A stretch of 64,000 nucleotides of DNA from NCBI RefSeq assembly GCF_036321535.1, contig NC_087441.1, forward strand, positions 39,246,001-39,310,000. Reading direction: 5' to 3'. The DNA comes from Camelus dromedarius. Taxonomy: Eukaryota. The notes beneath the pieces are model-generated. The model searched no databases. It was not told the origin of the DNA and worked only from the letters and a program-made list of their open reading frames with translations. Each line of letters begins with the position of its first letter. Position 1 is the stretch's first letter. A program made the position numbers and the translations under genes. Positions 50,481-62,979 of the stretch are shown in pieces.

Positions 50481-52179
50481 GAAGCTTTAAAGAAACAGGT
50501 CTGCTTGGTGTAAAGAACATGTTACAGCGAACACTTTCCAAAAATCTTTTTTTCTAAAGTTTTCGTATCGTTTTTGACTTTTCTGATGTCATGTGAATTG
50601 TCTGCTCCTCCTATTGTCCGTGAACAGGGAAAAGACCCAGATCCACTCACACTCTTATGCAAGACTTTTCTTACTGGTGAAGAGAACATTCTGTCACCCT
50701 CGCCCTTCTCTTGGGCAGAGGGGTTGTCTCGCTGGCCTTTGCACTTTCCTTCAAAGGCCTGACTGCTTCCCTCTTAAGCATTTTCACTTCTGCAGCAAAA
50801 TGATGTCACCCAGTTCAGGAGCAATTTCACACAGATGACAGGTCAGACTCTAGTTACACACTCACCCACTAACGCTTTGCTTATAATTAGTAGCTTTCAT
50901 TAGAAGGTCTGGCCTTCGGCGGCATTATGTCATTAATGCCTGTAAACTCTCCTCAGAGGACGCAGGTGTATAATGAACCAGAGCTGTATGTTGTGGAGAA
51001 GTGGGGCAAGGCCAGAGGAAGTTTGCAGAGTCACACGCTGCGCGAGGAGCACAGCAGAATCAGGACAGACCCCCACGGTGTGACTTTTGTTTGGCTGACC
51101 TCTCAGACCACGCACTTACACAGAACACCATTACCATCCTTCCCCGGTGCCTACTGTATACCTACATACCGTGGCTTCCACAGAACTCATGATCACTGTC
51201 CTGGTTCGAGAAGGAAAGAGAGGGAAACAGAGAAAGAGGATGTATCTGAAAGGGGCTGACTAGATGAGGGAACATATGCCCATCTGAGTGAAGTGACTCC
51301 CAAGGGCTCGCCAGTGAAAGACTGCGGGAGGAACAGGTCTCCTGACTTTATGCCCTGCCTACCCTCCTCTGCCTCTGAAAGGGTTCAGCTATGTGACTTC
51401 AGGCATTAATAACATTCCCCTCTCTCTTGTTATCCTCATTTTGCCTTTTCCAAAAGGCAGACAGACGGTCACTCTATCACTAGGCTTAAAACAAATTCTT
51501 TTGACAGGCTTTGGACCTGAAATTGTGCCATCTACTGGGATGAAAAGCAACCTCACTCATCCAATAAATATTTGCCAGCTTTACATTTTACACAAAAAAA
51601 AAGAGATAGGCTATTTCTAAAGTCATCTTCCTGCAACATTAAAATGTATCCATTTTTAAATGTGATTCTGTCATATACAAGTCTACTTTTTGTGGTTATT
51701 GACTCAAAGCACAACTTCAGATTTTAAATAAGACATTTTATACAGATTGTCAGCAGCATCATAACATGATATGTTGCAGCATATGGTATTTAGAAACGTG
51801 AGTAATACAGCGCCTTTCTTCAGAAAAGCTCAAAGTAGTTCCCACCTATTATCTATTTTTCCATTACCAGAGCCCTGTGAAGTGAAAAGGGCATCTGTCA
51901 TTAACCCCATTTTACTGATGATGTCAATGAGATTTAGATGATGTCACCACACATAGTAGAAAGTCAAGTTAGAATTTAACTCTTCTCACCTTATTCCAGT
52001 GCTTTTTCCAAAAATTGTTTTTTAAAAATATACCTTTGAAGATTTTCTCCTATTATAATCATTGTTCTGATCAAAAATGAGAATGTGGATTTTGCAGTAC
52101 AGTTACCATAGCTGATTTTAATTGTAGTAATGAAATATTAGAGAGTTGAACTGTAACTTAACAGGCATAAATCTCTTTA

Positions 52180-52349
52180 TTTATTATAAGAGCAAGTAGA
52201 AAATACAATCGTACTTCTCTCTGGTCTAAGGTCTAAAAAAACAACCTCCTTAGTTACACAAAAATATATTTCTTGGTTTCCAAACACATTTATGATAAAA
52301 GTTTTATTATTAGGAGAAGCTAATTAGAGCTAAACTTGATCATTTAAAT
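52180..52349 (+). repeat. Copy 1 of a ~170-bp direct repeat
   Basis: Aligns by eye to 56085-56246 with ~20 substitutions and 3 small indels. Confidence 0.85.
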
Positions 52350-52479
52350 CAAGATTATCCAAAAGGGTAGGCTTGACAAGAAGTATTATAATGTTACCTT
52401 TTAAAAGTAATTTAAACAGGAGAAGCTCTGATCCTCATCAGATTCAGAGCAATAGTCTAATCAAGTCTAATGTAGTAGA

Positions 52480-52620
52480 GATTAAAATCTGAGTCCACAT
52501 GCTGCTCAGCCACATTCCTGGTGTGTGACCCTGAGCAAGTCATTTAGCCTGTCCAAACCTCGATTACCTTATCTGCCAAATGAGACCTCTTTCACTGGTA
52601 GTTCTGATTTTCAGGTGTTG
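52480..52620 (+). mobile_element. MIR SINE
   Basis: gtgtgaccctgagcaagtcatttagcctgtccaaacctcgattaccttatctgccaaatgag. Confidence 0.65.
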
Positions 52621-53631
52621 CTTTCCCGAGCTAAACTCTGGACACAGAGCTATAATCGTAAATAGCTCAGTGTGTTGGTTGTATCTTCCAAAGCATCCCT
52701 TAGAGCAGCCATTCCTGCCAGTTACTGACAGTGTTTACAACTGCTTGGTTGGGTACAAGCTCTGTTCATCAAAGCTGGGAAAGCTTTTTACCATCAGGTC
52801 AATGTCATTATGATGGTTGCTCCAAGGGGTAGACAGGAAATTTATCAGTTTTCAGTATAAACATCAGATCATTGGTGCTGTCACTAGAACGTGAAGTTTT
52901 TAAACAGAGAAAAATATGATATAAAATACATTAAAAACAGAAAAAAAAAAACCCTAAAACTTGAAATTCTGATTCTTAGGTTAAAAAATTAGAACCCAAT
53001 ATATTGTGCTTGTTGGAAATTCTGGAAAGCAAAAATGAGATCTTTTCCTTTTAACAGAATAAGTTGAAATTTTACTATAATTAAATGATGTGAGCAATGA
53101 TTTTTTTCCTGGTGAGTGATATAAAATCAATGAAATAATTGAAAGAAAATGTTCATAGGAGACAATATAAATGAAGATGTCTAAAAGCAGGGAAGAAAAT
53201 CTAAATGGAGGATGTTATAAACATAAATTCCAAGGCAAAAGATTTAGGAATATAATCCAGAGAGGAATCTAAATGGCAGAGGGATTTTTTCCCAAGTAAT
53301 AAATCATTTTTATTTCAATAAAGTGGTCTGTTTAAGATTAGGGTTGAGTCTGTACAGGATTCCAGCAAATTACATTTGCTGGTCATGTTTCTTTTATCCT
53401 GCTTCTGATCTGAATTCACAAAGCTGCCAAGGCTGATTCTACTCAAGTAATTCAAATATTTTGAAGCCTAACACTCCGGAGTCACTTTAGAATGGTGGCA
53501 ACTCCACAGCCATAGAATTGCAATTTCCAATACAGATCTGTACACAGAAGCACTGATTTAATTTTTCAGCAGGGACATCCAAATCTAACTTTATTAGACA
53601 TTTTCTGAGGGGTGTGCCACAGCTTAGAAGG

Positions 53632-54225
53632 TGAATTAGTGAGGGGCTAGTCAGGAGACAGAAACCACATAATCATTCCAACAAGAAAGGTTTAATATAG
53701 AACATTATTAATTATTTACAAGGCACAGGCTACTAAGAAAGGAAAAATGTGCTAAAGAATACCGTAGTGCTGAGAGAGAATACCCAAAGGAGGAACACAT
53801 TTTGAAGCGGGCCCTCTTCCCAGGGCTGGAGTTCAAGTATCTTCGGAGACCTATGCTTGTAGCCCATGGATGGGAGAAAAGGCCTCTTGGTTGCCAGGCT
53901 GAGACTGGTGGGCAGGGAATTAAGGATCAAAACCGTAAACAGGAAACCCGCACGGGGGTATAAGTGGGCCGAGGCTGGCAGTGAGGGAACCATGGGCTGG
54001 AACCAGCCAGCTGGGAAGTGAGTGCCACTGGGTGTCCCATGCACTGCCAGCCACCATATCCGACAGGAGAAAACCAAGGAAGAGAAGTCCCTTCTTTCAG
54101 CTGTGTCCCTACACCAACTTCTCCTGGCAAAGGAGCCATGTGTGTAAGGTCTACCTCCAGCATCACAAGCCAGGCAATGAAGAGTGGGTTTGGAGCTGAG
54201 AGGCAATAATCCAACAACCAGCACA
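53632..54225 (-). mobile_element. ERVL LTR, LTR33-like
   Basis: Starts TGTGCTGGTTGTTGGATTATTGCCTCTCAGCTCCAAA; ends ...gtggtttctgtctcctgact. Confidence 0.65.
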
Positions 54226-54514
54226 GAGGCATGAGCCACTGTGACTGCTCCTTGCATTTCTAGGGCCACTTTTTACTTCCATGGCCTTACGTTTGACCCC
54301 ACCCAAACTGCTTGCCCACACAGGAACTAGTCTTGCCTCTAAGTGCAGCTTAGCAGGGTGGGACCAACATCCTGCAACTGAAATGCAGAATAGACTGAAA
54401 CCACAATTTTCTATATGAAAACTTTTCTTCTGAAGTAAAGACTTCCTGTTGAACACTGAAATTTATGAAATATAGCCACTGCTTCTTTTGTTTGGTTGGT
54501 TGGTTTTTGTTTGG

Positions 54515-54674
54515 TTTTTTATTTTATTTTTTTATTGAAGTATAGTTGATTTACAATGTTAGTTTCAGGTATACAACAAAGCAGTTCAGTTACACACATA
54601 CGTACATATGTATTTTTTCTTTTCAGATTCTTTTCCACTATATGGTATTACAAGAAATTGAATATAGTTCCCTG
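54515..54674 (-). mobile_element. Short L1 3' end
   Basis: ttttattgaagtatagttgatttacaatg... terminus shared with the other copies. Confidence 0.75.
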
Positions 54675-56084
54675 AACACTGTTTTTTTTCCTATGAATTT
54701 CTCTTTAACAAAATATATGTTCTCTCCCACACAACTATTAAATCTACTCTATTTTATTACTATCATTAAGTGCTACTAAATGACATTGTGGGCCAAAAAC
54801 CCTGGAATACAGCTGGCCAATAACTTACGCTTGCTTCTCTGGAAGTCCAAGGAAGGGAGACGCAAGACACAAAGGCAGATAGAGCATCAGCTGCCACCCA
54901 GTGAAAGGTATAGCAGGTTCTTGAGGCTGACTCCTTTGCTGTATAAGCATCTCATAGGTCTTACAGAAACCAGGTTCGTTTTCTGGAATGTCCATAGGTC
55001 TTCATGGGCCAAAAGGTGACACGTACTTTGCATTGCTGGAGGCAGGACTTGCAGAGTCAAAATGAGTAAGTGAACATAGCAGGACAATCTTAGAAAGGTA
55101 AGGGAACTCATGATCAACCTTACTGAGAACATCTTTATTATGAAAATAGAGCAACGTAAGTCCGCATTTTAGTTGAGTGTTTCAGTCACTCTGAGACATA
55201 CAACACATACAATGCGTTTTGTGCCTGTTGCTCTTCCAAGAATTTGCTGCTGACCAGCTTCTTTTGTATGTATTTCTATCCTCCATCCATGTGAAGCAAA
55301 AATGTTTTAAGAAGAACGGAAATAATATAAAATTTTCTCGAGTTACAAAAATACACATAAAATTTGACTTAATACTTTCTTGTATTATCCAGTGAAGTTA
55401 TAGTTCATTTCTGGGAAGTATCATTTTCCTGTGAAGTTATAGTCCAGTTCTGGGAAATTTCATCTCCCCATCACGTCTGTAAGCTTTTCAAAGGGAGGAA
55501 CAATTTCAGGCATTCCTGGGGTTTGGCCCACCGTGCCACGACAAACCAGCACATTGTAGACATTCATTAAACATTGTTGAAGTGAATTTAGAAAATATTT
55601 GAAGATTTTTAAACATGACACACTGTCGCTCCTCCTGTTCTGTCCAGAAGAGGGCAGTGATCCACACTCATCTCCAAAGCAAAGACTCCTACCCCTTCCC
55701 CTCTCACCTCATTCTCACTACCTGCAAAATCCCCTTATTTCAAGCAATATTTACTACAGTGAAAAATCCAATGCTCCAAAAGTGTCCGGTTGCTCACAAT
55801 AACAAATCAGCAATAACAAGATTTGAACTACAATAGGACCCTGGACAGGAAAATAACTGACCATCATTAAATAATAGACAGTGAACTCATCTTTATAATT
55901 TTATTGAAACGTTTATTTTTTTCCATGACTTATATGAGTGTAGACAGTGTCAGGAGAAGAGGAAGATTCATTCTTGCTACACTGATGTCAACTCTGATTA
56001 CAAAATGCAAACGTTAAATAGATAATCAAATCATCAAATATTATATTTCACTTAACTTACTTAGTGGGCACATATCTCTTCCAG

Positions 56085-56246
56085 TTTATTATGAGGGCAA
56101 ATAGAAAATACAATTGTACCTTTCTCTGGTCTGAGATCTAAAGAACATCTCCTTAGTTACACAAAAATATATCTCATGCTTTCCAAACACACTTATGGTA
56201 AGTTTTATTATTAAGAGAAGCTAGAGACAAACTTGATTGTTTAAAT
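56085..56246 (+). repeat. Copy 2 of the ~170-bp direct repeat
   Basis: Shares the exact 24-mer ctccttagttacacaaaaatatat with copy 1. Confidence 0.85.
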
Positions 56247-56309
56247 GTCATTTTTATTTATTATGGAAAATATGTGAAATGTATCCTGAAACTTCCCATG
56301 GAGCCAAAT

Positions 56310-56900
56310 TGTGTTAGGTAGACTCCTTTATGTTGCTCGCATTTGGATTATGCAGGTCAAAGGGGTTTATTGTAAGGACTTTCTGGGACACAACAGCTGG
56401 ACCTCACGGAAGAACAGAAATTCACTGCATCTTGTAATCCCAGCAGGTGACATTTATGGTTCGTTACTTCTGTCTTGGGCCACTTTGGTGACTCAACCAC
56501 TCTCTGATTATCATGCTCTTACAGCTACGTACTAATAGCTTTCTTCTCTTTATCTTCTCTTCACCTCAGTAATTCTGCTGCCTCCCAGTTTTTGCTGCCT
56601 TGTGATTTCTGCTTACTGTCTTTTCTCCAGGTATTTTTTTGTCTTCTGCCCAATCACCCAAACTGTGACTCTCTCTGTGTGTCTCATATTCATATTCCCA
56701 AAAAGAGAGTCTGTAGCCTGTGCAGTCAATCCCTACCCCTCCTCTGGGTAGAGCTTTCATGCTAAGCTACTTCCAGGCCCATAGCCAGACTATGGACTGA
56801 CCATCTATGCTCTCAGATGCCCATCCTAGTCCATTACCTGTGGCCAAACAACAGGGTAATGAGACACAGAGCATGGCCATCATAGGGAACCCCTCAGGAA
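56310..56900 (-). mobile_element. Old degenerate LTR, probably MaLR (MLT1K/L-type)
   Basis: cccatcctagtccattacctgtggcc and CA end resemble old MLT1; subfamily uncertain. Confidence 0.45.
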
Positions 56901-56997
56901 GAGGATTTGGGTATGAAAAACATCCTGAGATTTCCCAAACTGGGTAAAATAATTGGCAAAGACTTTGTTCTTCCTTTCTAGGAAATTAGTAGCAGTA

Positions 56998-57208
56998 TTT
57001 TATTTTTGGCATGACTTTTTTTTATTGAAGTATAGTTGATTTACAATGTTGTGTTAATTTCTGGTGTACAGCATAGTGATTCACGTACACACATGTATAT
57101 TCTTTTTCTAATTCTTTTCTATTGTAACTTGTTGTAAGATATTGCAGCTGGTTCTCTGTGCTGTACAGTAGGTCCTTGTTGTCTATTTTTTATATAGTAG
57201 TTAGTATC
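56998..57208 (-). mobile_element. Short L1 3' end
   Basis: Same 3' terminus; TSD agtagcagta at 56988-56997 and 57209-57218. Confidence 0.8.
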
Positions 57209-60200
57209 AGTAGCAGTAATTGATAGGCCTTACTTTACCCATGAAACTTCTGCTCACTTTATTCATCTTACTGACGCTGGTGTTTGTTTTCCTGTGGTCC
57301 AGAGGCTAAAATCCCTGTACAGAATAGTGTAGCTGGCTCCGTTTAGCATGCTAACTATAAGGTATTGAAGTAGAGAATTATCATTGTTACGCATTTTGCA
57401 GGTAATAATCAAGTAAGCAAACCTTTCCAAAAAGCAGATGTTTCCCCTAGGAAGCAGTCCAAGTGAAACTGCATTGTTGGTTGAAAGTAAACATCTTAGA
57501 CCATTAGCCAGAGTTGGGCAGACATTTCTCAGAACAGGAAAGTCAGAGGGATGTTTTGGTAGAAGGGAGATAACCAAATTCTCCTAAGAAAAATGATGTT
57601 GTACTACAACAGATAATATTGTTTTTCTTTTGAATTTCTTACAAAGGAACCAATCATAAAAGTTTGTTATAAAAAGAAAAAACAAGTTTGTTTGGGTCCT
57701 CTAATCCTATGGGACTTTTGTTTCTCTTTTTCTAAATCTTTTGCAGTTCTTTCTCTTGGCATTTTGTGTTTTTTCAGAGAATGTTACCAGAGATGACCTG
57801 ATTTTTTTTTTTTATGTGAATAGGAAAACAGCCCAGGTGAAATGAACTTGAACCACTTTTCAAGTCACAGACATCACTGTATCTTAGGGGTTTTGTTTTG
57901 TTTTCTTTTTTCTTAAGAACAAGACAAAGCAAACAGTTTTGTTCCTTATGCTTCTGTGTTTACTTTCTCTCCTTTTTTTTCTGATTCTCAGTGTCTCACC
58001 GTGCACATTTTTAAAAGAGATACTTTCCCTAGAAGTCACCATATTTCACAGTTGTGAGCATAAGCCTAAATAGACTGCACCCAGTACCACGCACGACTCG
58101 CAGACTGTGTTGACGTCATAATTGGCGCACAAAATGGGGATGCTTTTTTCTGTTCTTTGAACATTTTTTTTCTTGTACCAGGATGAAAATTTAAATCAAT
58201 TTTAAAGTTGCCTCCATTCCCACACCCTCCCCCGACAGCGCGCACACACCCACCCACACCCACACCCACACCTTCCTCTTATGCACAACTTACTTTAAGG
58301 GGAAGCCCAAGAAATGCAGACCGAACGGCATAAAACGGAGGGAGACTTGGGACATTTTTATTGCTGGGCAATGCTTGCCCTTTGCTGAAATCTCTCCCTA
58401 CGGTGGAGGACTGGTTTTTTGCTGTGATGTTCCTCTCAAAAGGTAGCTCGTTCGTGGTGCCTTCACCGCCTCGGGGCTGGGAGCACACGACGACCCCCGC
58501 CGAGTGGGCCGCAGCACCAGATGGTAATATGCCCTGGCTCAGCCTCCCCGTTCTGTGCTCCCCCCACACACACTAGTGGAGACCAACATCCACTCAGCTG
58601 AAGTCTACTCCGCCTCAGGCAACTCAAAGCTGTATCAAGATAACCTGCCAGGAATCCCCACACTGCGGGGTGGGAAGGGGGAGAGGGTGCAGGGTGGCTC
58701 CCACTCATTTCCCCTCCATTAGACAGCCGACTGCTGTGACTCTGTTAGTTACAAAGACCACCCCGCCCCCATCCTAAAATGTTTAGGCATCTTGCCACTG
58801 TTTTACATTAGAATAATTCGTGAACAGATGTTTGAGACTCTACCATTATGGTACGGGCTTCCCACCCGCACCCAAAAGGTTGAAGTGGGAAACAGGTCCT
58901 GGAATGGTAGAGCCGTTAAGAGTCTAGGTTGCATTTGGGAGCCAGGCATTCCACACTTGTGACCCGTGTAGGGAGCTGAAAGGGTGGAGCGAAGCCAAGT
59001 GGCACGCTCGGCGTTAATCCGAAGAGTCTGGGCAGACCCGGAGGGTCAGGTTCACAACCAGCCGGGTGGCGACTGGAGACCAGGTCAGAGAGCGGTTGTC
59101 AGCGCAGAGCAGGCAGGGGCGAGTCCCAGGGCTGAAGCACCGTCCGGACCTCATTGCCAGCATCTTCCTAGGATCACTGCCTCCTTTCATCCTTCAACCA
59201 AACAGTGGAGGCTAATCAGATTAAGCCTAAATAGAACACCTTTCTTCACTATTACTATTTTTCAAAGCCTAACTCACAGTTTAGTGGTAGGGGCCCGTTG
59301 AATTGCCTGACTTTTTCCAACGTATGATATTAAAATAAGTGGGAGCCCTTGATAGACAGGGACTGAATTCCACAGAAGTCGCAGCACAGCACCACACAGC
59401 ATTCCTGAGGAGGCTGGCCTCACAGTTAGCTGAATGTCAGGCCATTTTCCTACTTATTAACATTTTTAAGCAGGGAAGATGGGAGTGGAAAAAAATAGAA
59501 AGAAAAACCCCTTTATAGTCTGAAAGTTCACAATATTTAAAAAAAATTATGAATATTACCAGTAAAAGGAGCACATAAAATTTTTTCAAAATTCTTATTA
59601 TTTGATGCAGAAATATGACAGACAAATTATTTAAAATGAGAAACTTGTTTAAACAAACAACCAATTAGGCTTAATTCTCCCCTCTGAGTAGACAAGAACG
59701 GCCTTATATAAACACCCACAAGTTTGATCTATTCCCCTTTGTACCTCTGGGAGGGGTGAAAGAAGAGAAGTAGAGGAAGTTTTCTTTTGTGGAAAAGCTT
59801 GTGTGCATAACCACAAGTCTGTGGCTTCTGCAGACTAACTAGGTACAACCCAGAAGACCACACCAATTACTTAGGGCAGATTTACAGTAGAAAGGTAAGG
59901 CACCTGCAGGAAAGTTACCCTTAAACGTTTATTATGACTCCATTTGTGTAACATTTTTCTTTAGTCACAGAGAAAAATACCTCTTAAGGCTCAATTTTCA
60001 GTAAATTCTGCAAGTTATCTCCCCTTACCTAAGAATGCCCATCTTCCACTTCTGCTTATGACCAGGTCTTACAGGAAATCTGGCTTTATCTAGGCGTCTC
60101 ATTTCCTCAGCACTATTACCAAAGATGTTCCAGGAGAATATTTCAACCTTCCAGATATCTCAGTACATGAAAATCTAGGCTGTCCTAAGTTTCCATTGGA

Positions 60201-60594
60201 GATTCTTGGTTTTATTTCTATTGCTTAACTTATTTGGATGACGTGCACGAGAGACTGACTTATGAAACAATCCTAAGTGTGTGGATTGAAAATAGCAATA
60301 CTGTTGGGAGCATTTTGTTCATTTAACTATTTACAATGAAATTCCTTACCAGGAGATGAAAACTGTTGAGGAAGTATTCTGAGAAACAAAATCCCAAAGG
60401 GTAAAGCAAGATCTGTCAGTGCCTAAGGATTCAGAGACACTGGGAAGCCCAGCCACGCTCTGGGTCATCCCTGCTTAGTGTGACTCTTAGTTGGTGTTAG
60501 AAGTAGGATCTTGTCCAGACTGGCTCTGACCTCTCAGTGATGCCCCAGGGTAATGGTTGTCAATCCTTACTGCTCCATAGAATCACTCACAGCT

Positions 60595-60720
60595 TTCCCC
60601 CTACAAAATCCTGATGCCCATGCCCCCATTTTGACCAGTTAAATCGTAGTCTCTGGGAATAAGGCCCAGGCATCAGAACTTTTTAAATGCTGCCCAGGCA
60701 ATCTTAATGAGCATCACTCC
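60595..60720. mobile_element. MER5A-like hAT fragment
   Basis: aatcctgatgcccatgcccc...gtctctggga...aggcccaggcatc...tttttaaa...cccagg. Confidence 0.5.
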
Positions 60721-62398
60721 TTTAGAGCAAGGGTTTTGTGTTCCTTGATGCTCTCAGGTGATGGCTGTAGGCACGATGTGGCATGTGAGAGCTGCTACTC
60801 CCAGTCCCTGAGTCCAATTCTTCCAGAATTACCACTTATTTTATCTCCTTTAAGTGTTTCAAATAAAATAAAATGTCATTGAAAAAAAAAGTGGAAAGAG
60901 TGGAGAGATATAATCAAGGAAAGTCTTGATTGAAACAAAACTCACCAGTGGTTGGGAAAACTAGCTTATGTCTTGGGGGGAAGGTAGGGAGAGAAGCTGT
61001 GTCTTCTAGGACCTCCACTCCAAAGAACATGGAAATTGATCAAACACTAGTTTGTAACTGTATATTTGTAACCATATATTTCTTTAACTGCTTTACTTCA
61101 TACACAGGGTCAGTGAAACCCATTCATAGTTAGTCAGCTGTTTAAGGAAGCAAGGCTTTTTAAAAGCATTAATTACTAGCCCTCATGTGTCCTTCCACGG
61201 CACAAATACCAACAAAACCTCCAGGAGAAATCGTCTCAATCCCACCAGCAGTCATTACTGCAGAACACATCCCTTTATGTTAAAAATCTAAGAATCAAAT
61301 ATTGTTACAGTGCAACCAGTACTCATTTTATAGATTATGTGCTCTGCCAAAGGATGTGTATATTTTGATGTATTGTTCTTAAGCAAAATCATTCATTATC
61401 ATCTGAGTTGATACTTTATCCTACTTTTGAAATGCTCTAGATAATGTGATTAGGTGAATTAATTCATTTTCCCCAGTTTAAATTCAGTTTTCATTACAAT
61501 TTAAAACTTTCAAAGATTTTTCTCTGGCATTGGTATGACTGTAGGGCCAGGAAATCTGAAACTACGAAATGATGGCTGGTCAAAAAGAAAGAGGTACTCT
61601 AGAAGATATAAAAGTTAAAGTTTAGCGATTATTCTGTCTTTTCTGAACTTTCCACTGCTGAAAATTTCTTCTTTATCAGTTGTCATTTTTAACTAAGGAA
61701 ATAAAATAAGAAGTGGATCTCATTGATACAGTAAACTAGAAGCACAGTTTGAACATAACTGTCTCAAATATCTAGAAACCAAAGGTGAAAAAGCTGTGCA
61801 GAAAGGAAGAGAGGCCAGGGGCTCAGACAGAGGCCAGAAAGCTTGGAGACAGACATCAACTCCCTGGAGTGCACCACGAAGCCAGCTCACTGGGAATTCA
61901 TGTGCCACTGGCCTTGAGATTTAGGATAACAGAACTGAAAGAAACTCTGACATGTACTAATCCAACACTCTAATAGTACAAATGAGGAAACTTTTTTAAA
62001 GATTAAATGAACACTTGAGGATACACCAACCTGAGGCAGCAATTATGTCCAGATTTAAGCTCTATCTCTTACCTGTGGCTTAACTTTTTTGAAATTTAGT
62101 GTTATTCATAAAAATGGAAACAATAATACCCCCTTCCCAGTATGCTTGTGAGTATGCTTGTGAGATTTTAAATGTAAATCATGTGCAAAGTATCCAGCAC
62201 ATAATAGTTTGTTAATAAATTTTAATATTGTCTATCATCTTTACTGGAGTAGCAAAATTTAGCATATGATCTCTCTTATAGCTAGACAAACATTTTTTCT
62301 GCAGAGCTCAATTTTAACAAACTGAACATTGAAAATATTATTTGAAGCTGCCTAAAAGCAGGGGTTTTTTCCAGACTCAAATAAAACATTTTATATTT

Positions 62399-62979
62399 GT
62401 TTTTTTAATTGAAGTATAGTTGATTTACAATGTTGTGTTAGTTTCAGGTGTACAGCAAAGTGATTCAGTTATACATATGTATACAGTCATACATTTATAT
62501 ATTCTTTTTCAGATTATTTTCTATTATATGTTATTATAAGATATTAAATATAGTTCCCTATTTATATTTAGTGCTATATACAGTAAGTTCTTGTCATTTA
62601 TCTATTTTATATATAGTAGAGTATAAATGTTAATCTCAAACTCCTAATTTATCTCTCCTCCCTGCTTTGGTAACCATAGTTTGTTTCTATGTCTGTGAGT
62701 CTATTTCTGGTTTGTAAATAAGGTCATTTTTTAGATATCACATATAAGTGATACCATATGATATTTGTCTTTCTCTCTCTGACTTACTTCATNNNNNNNN
62801 NNNNNNNNNNNNNNNNNNNNNNNNNNNNNNNNNNNNNNNNNNNNNNNNNNNNNNNNNNNNNNNNNNNNNNNNNNNNNNNNNNNNNNNNNNNNNNNNNNNN
62901 NNNNNNNNNNNNNNNNNNNNNNNNNNNNNNNNNNNNNNNNNNNNNNNNNNNNNNNNNNNNNNNNNNNNNNNNNNNNNNG
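62399..62979 (-). mobile_element. L1 3' end, 5' part in N-gap 62793-62978
   Basis: Same 3' terminus; perfect 13-bp TSD acattttatattt at 62386-62398 and 62980-62992. Confidence 0.82.

Noticed and set aside
53733-54269. 178-aa minus-strand ORF
   Set aside because: Lies almost wholly within an LTR33-like LTR; no protein family resemblance
62139-62164. 12-bp tandem repeat agtatgcttgtg x2 (similar one at ~45226-45259)
   Set aside because: Ordinary slippage micro-duplication
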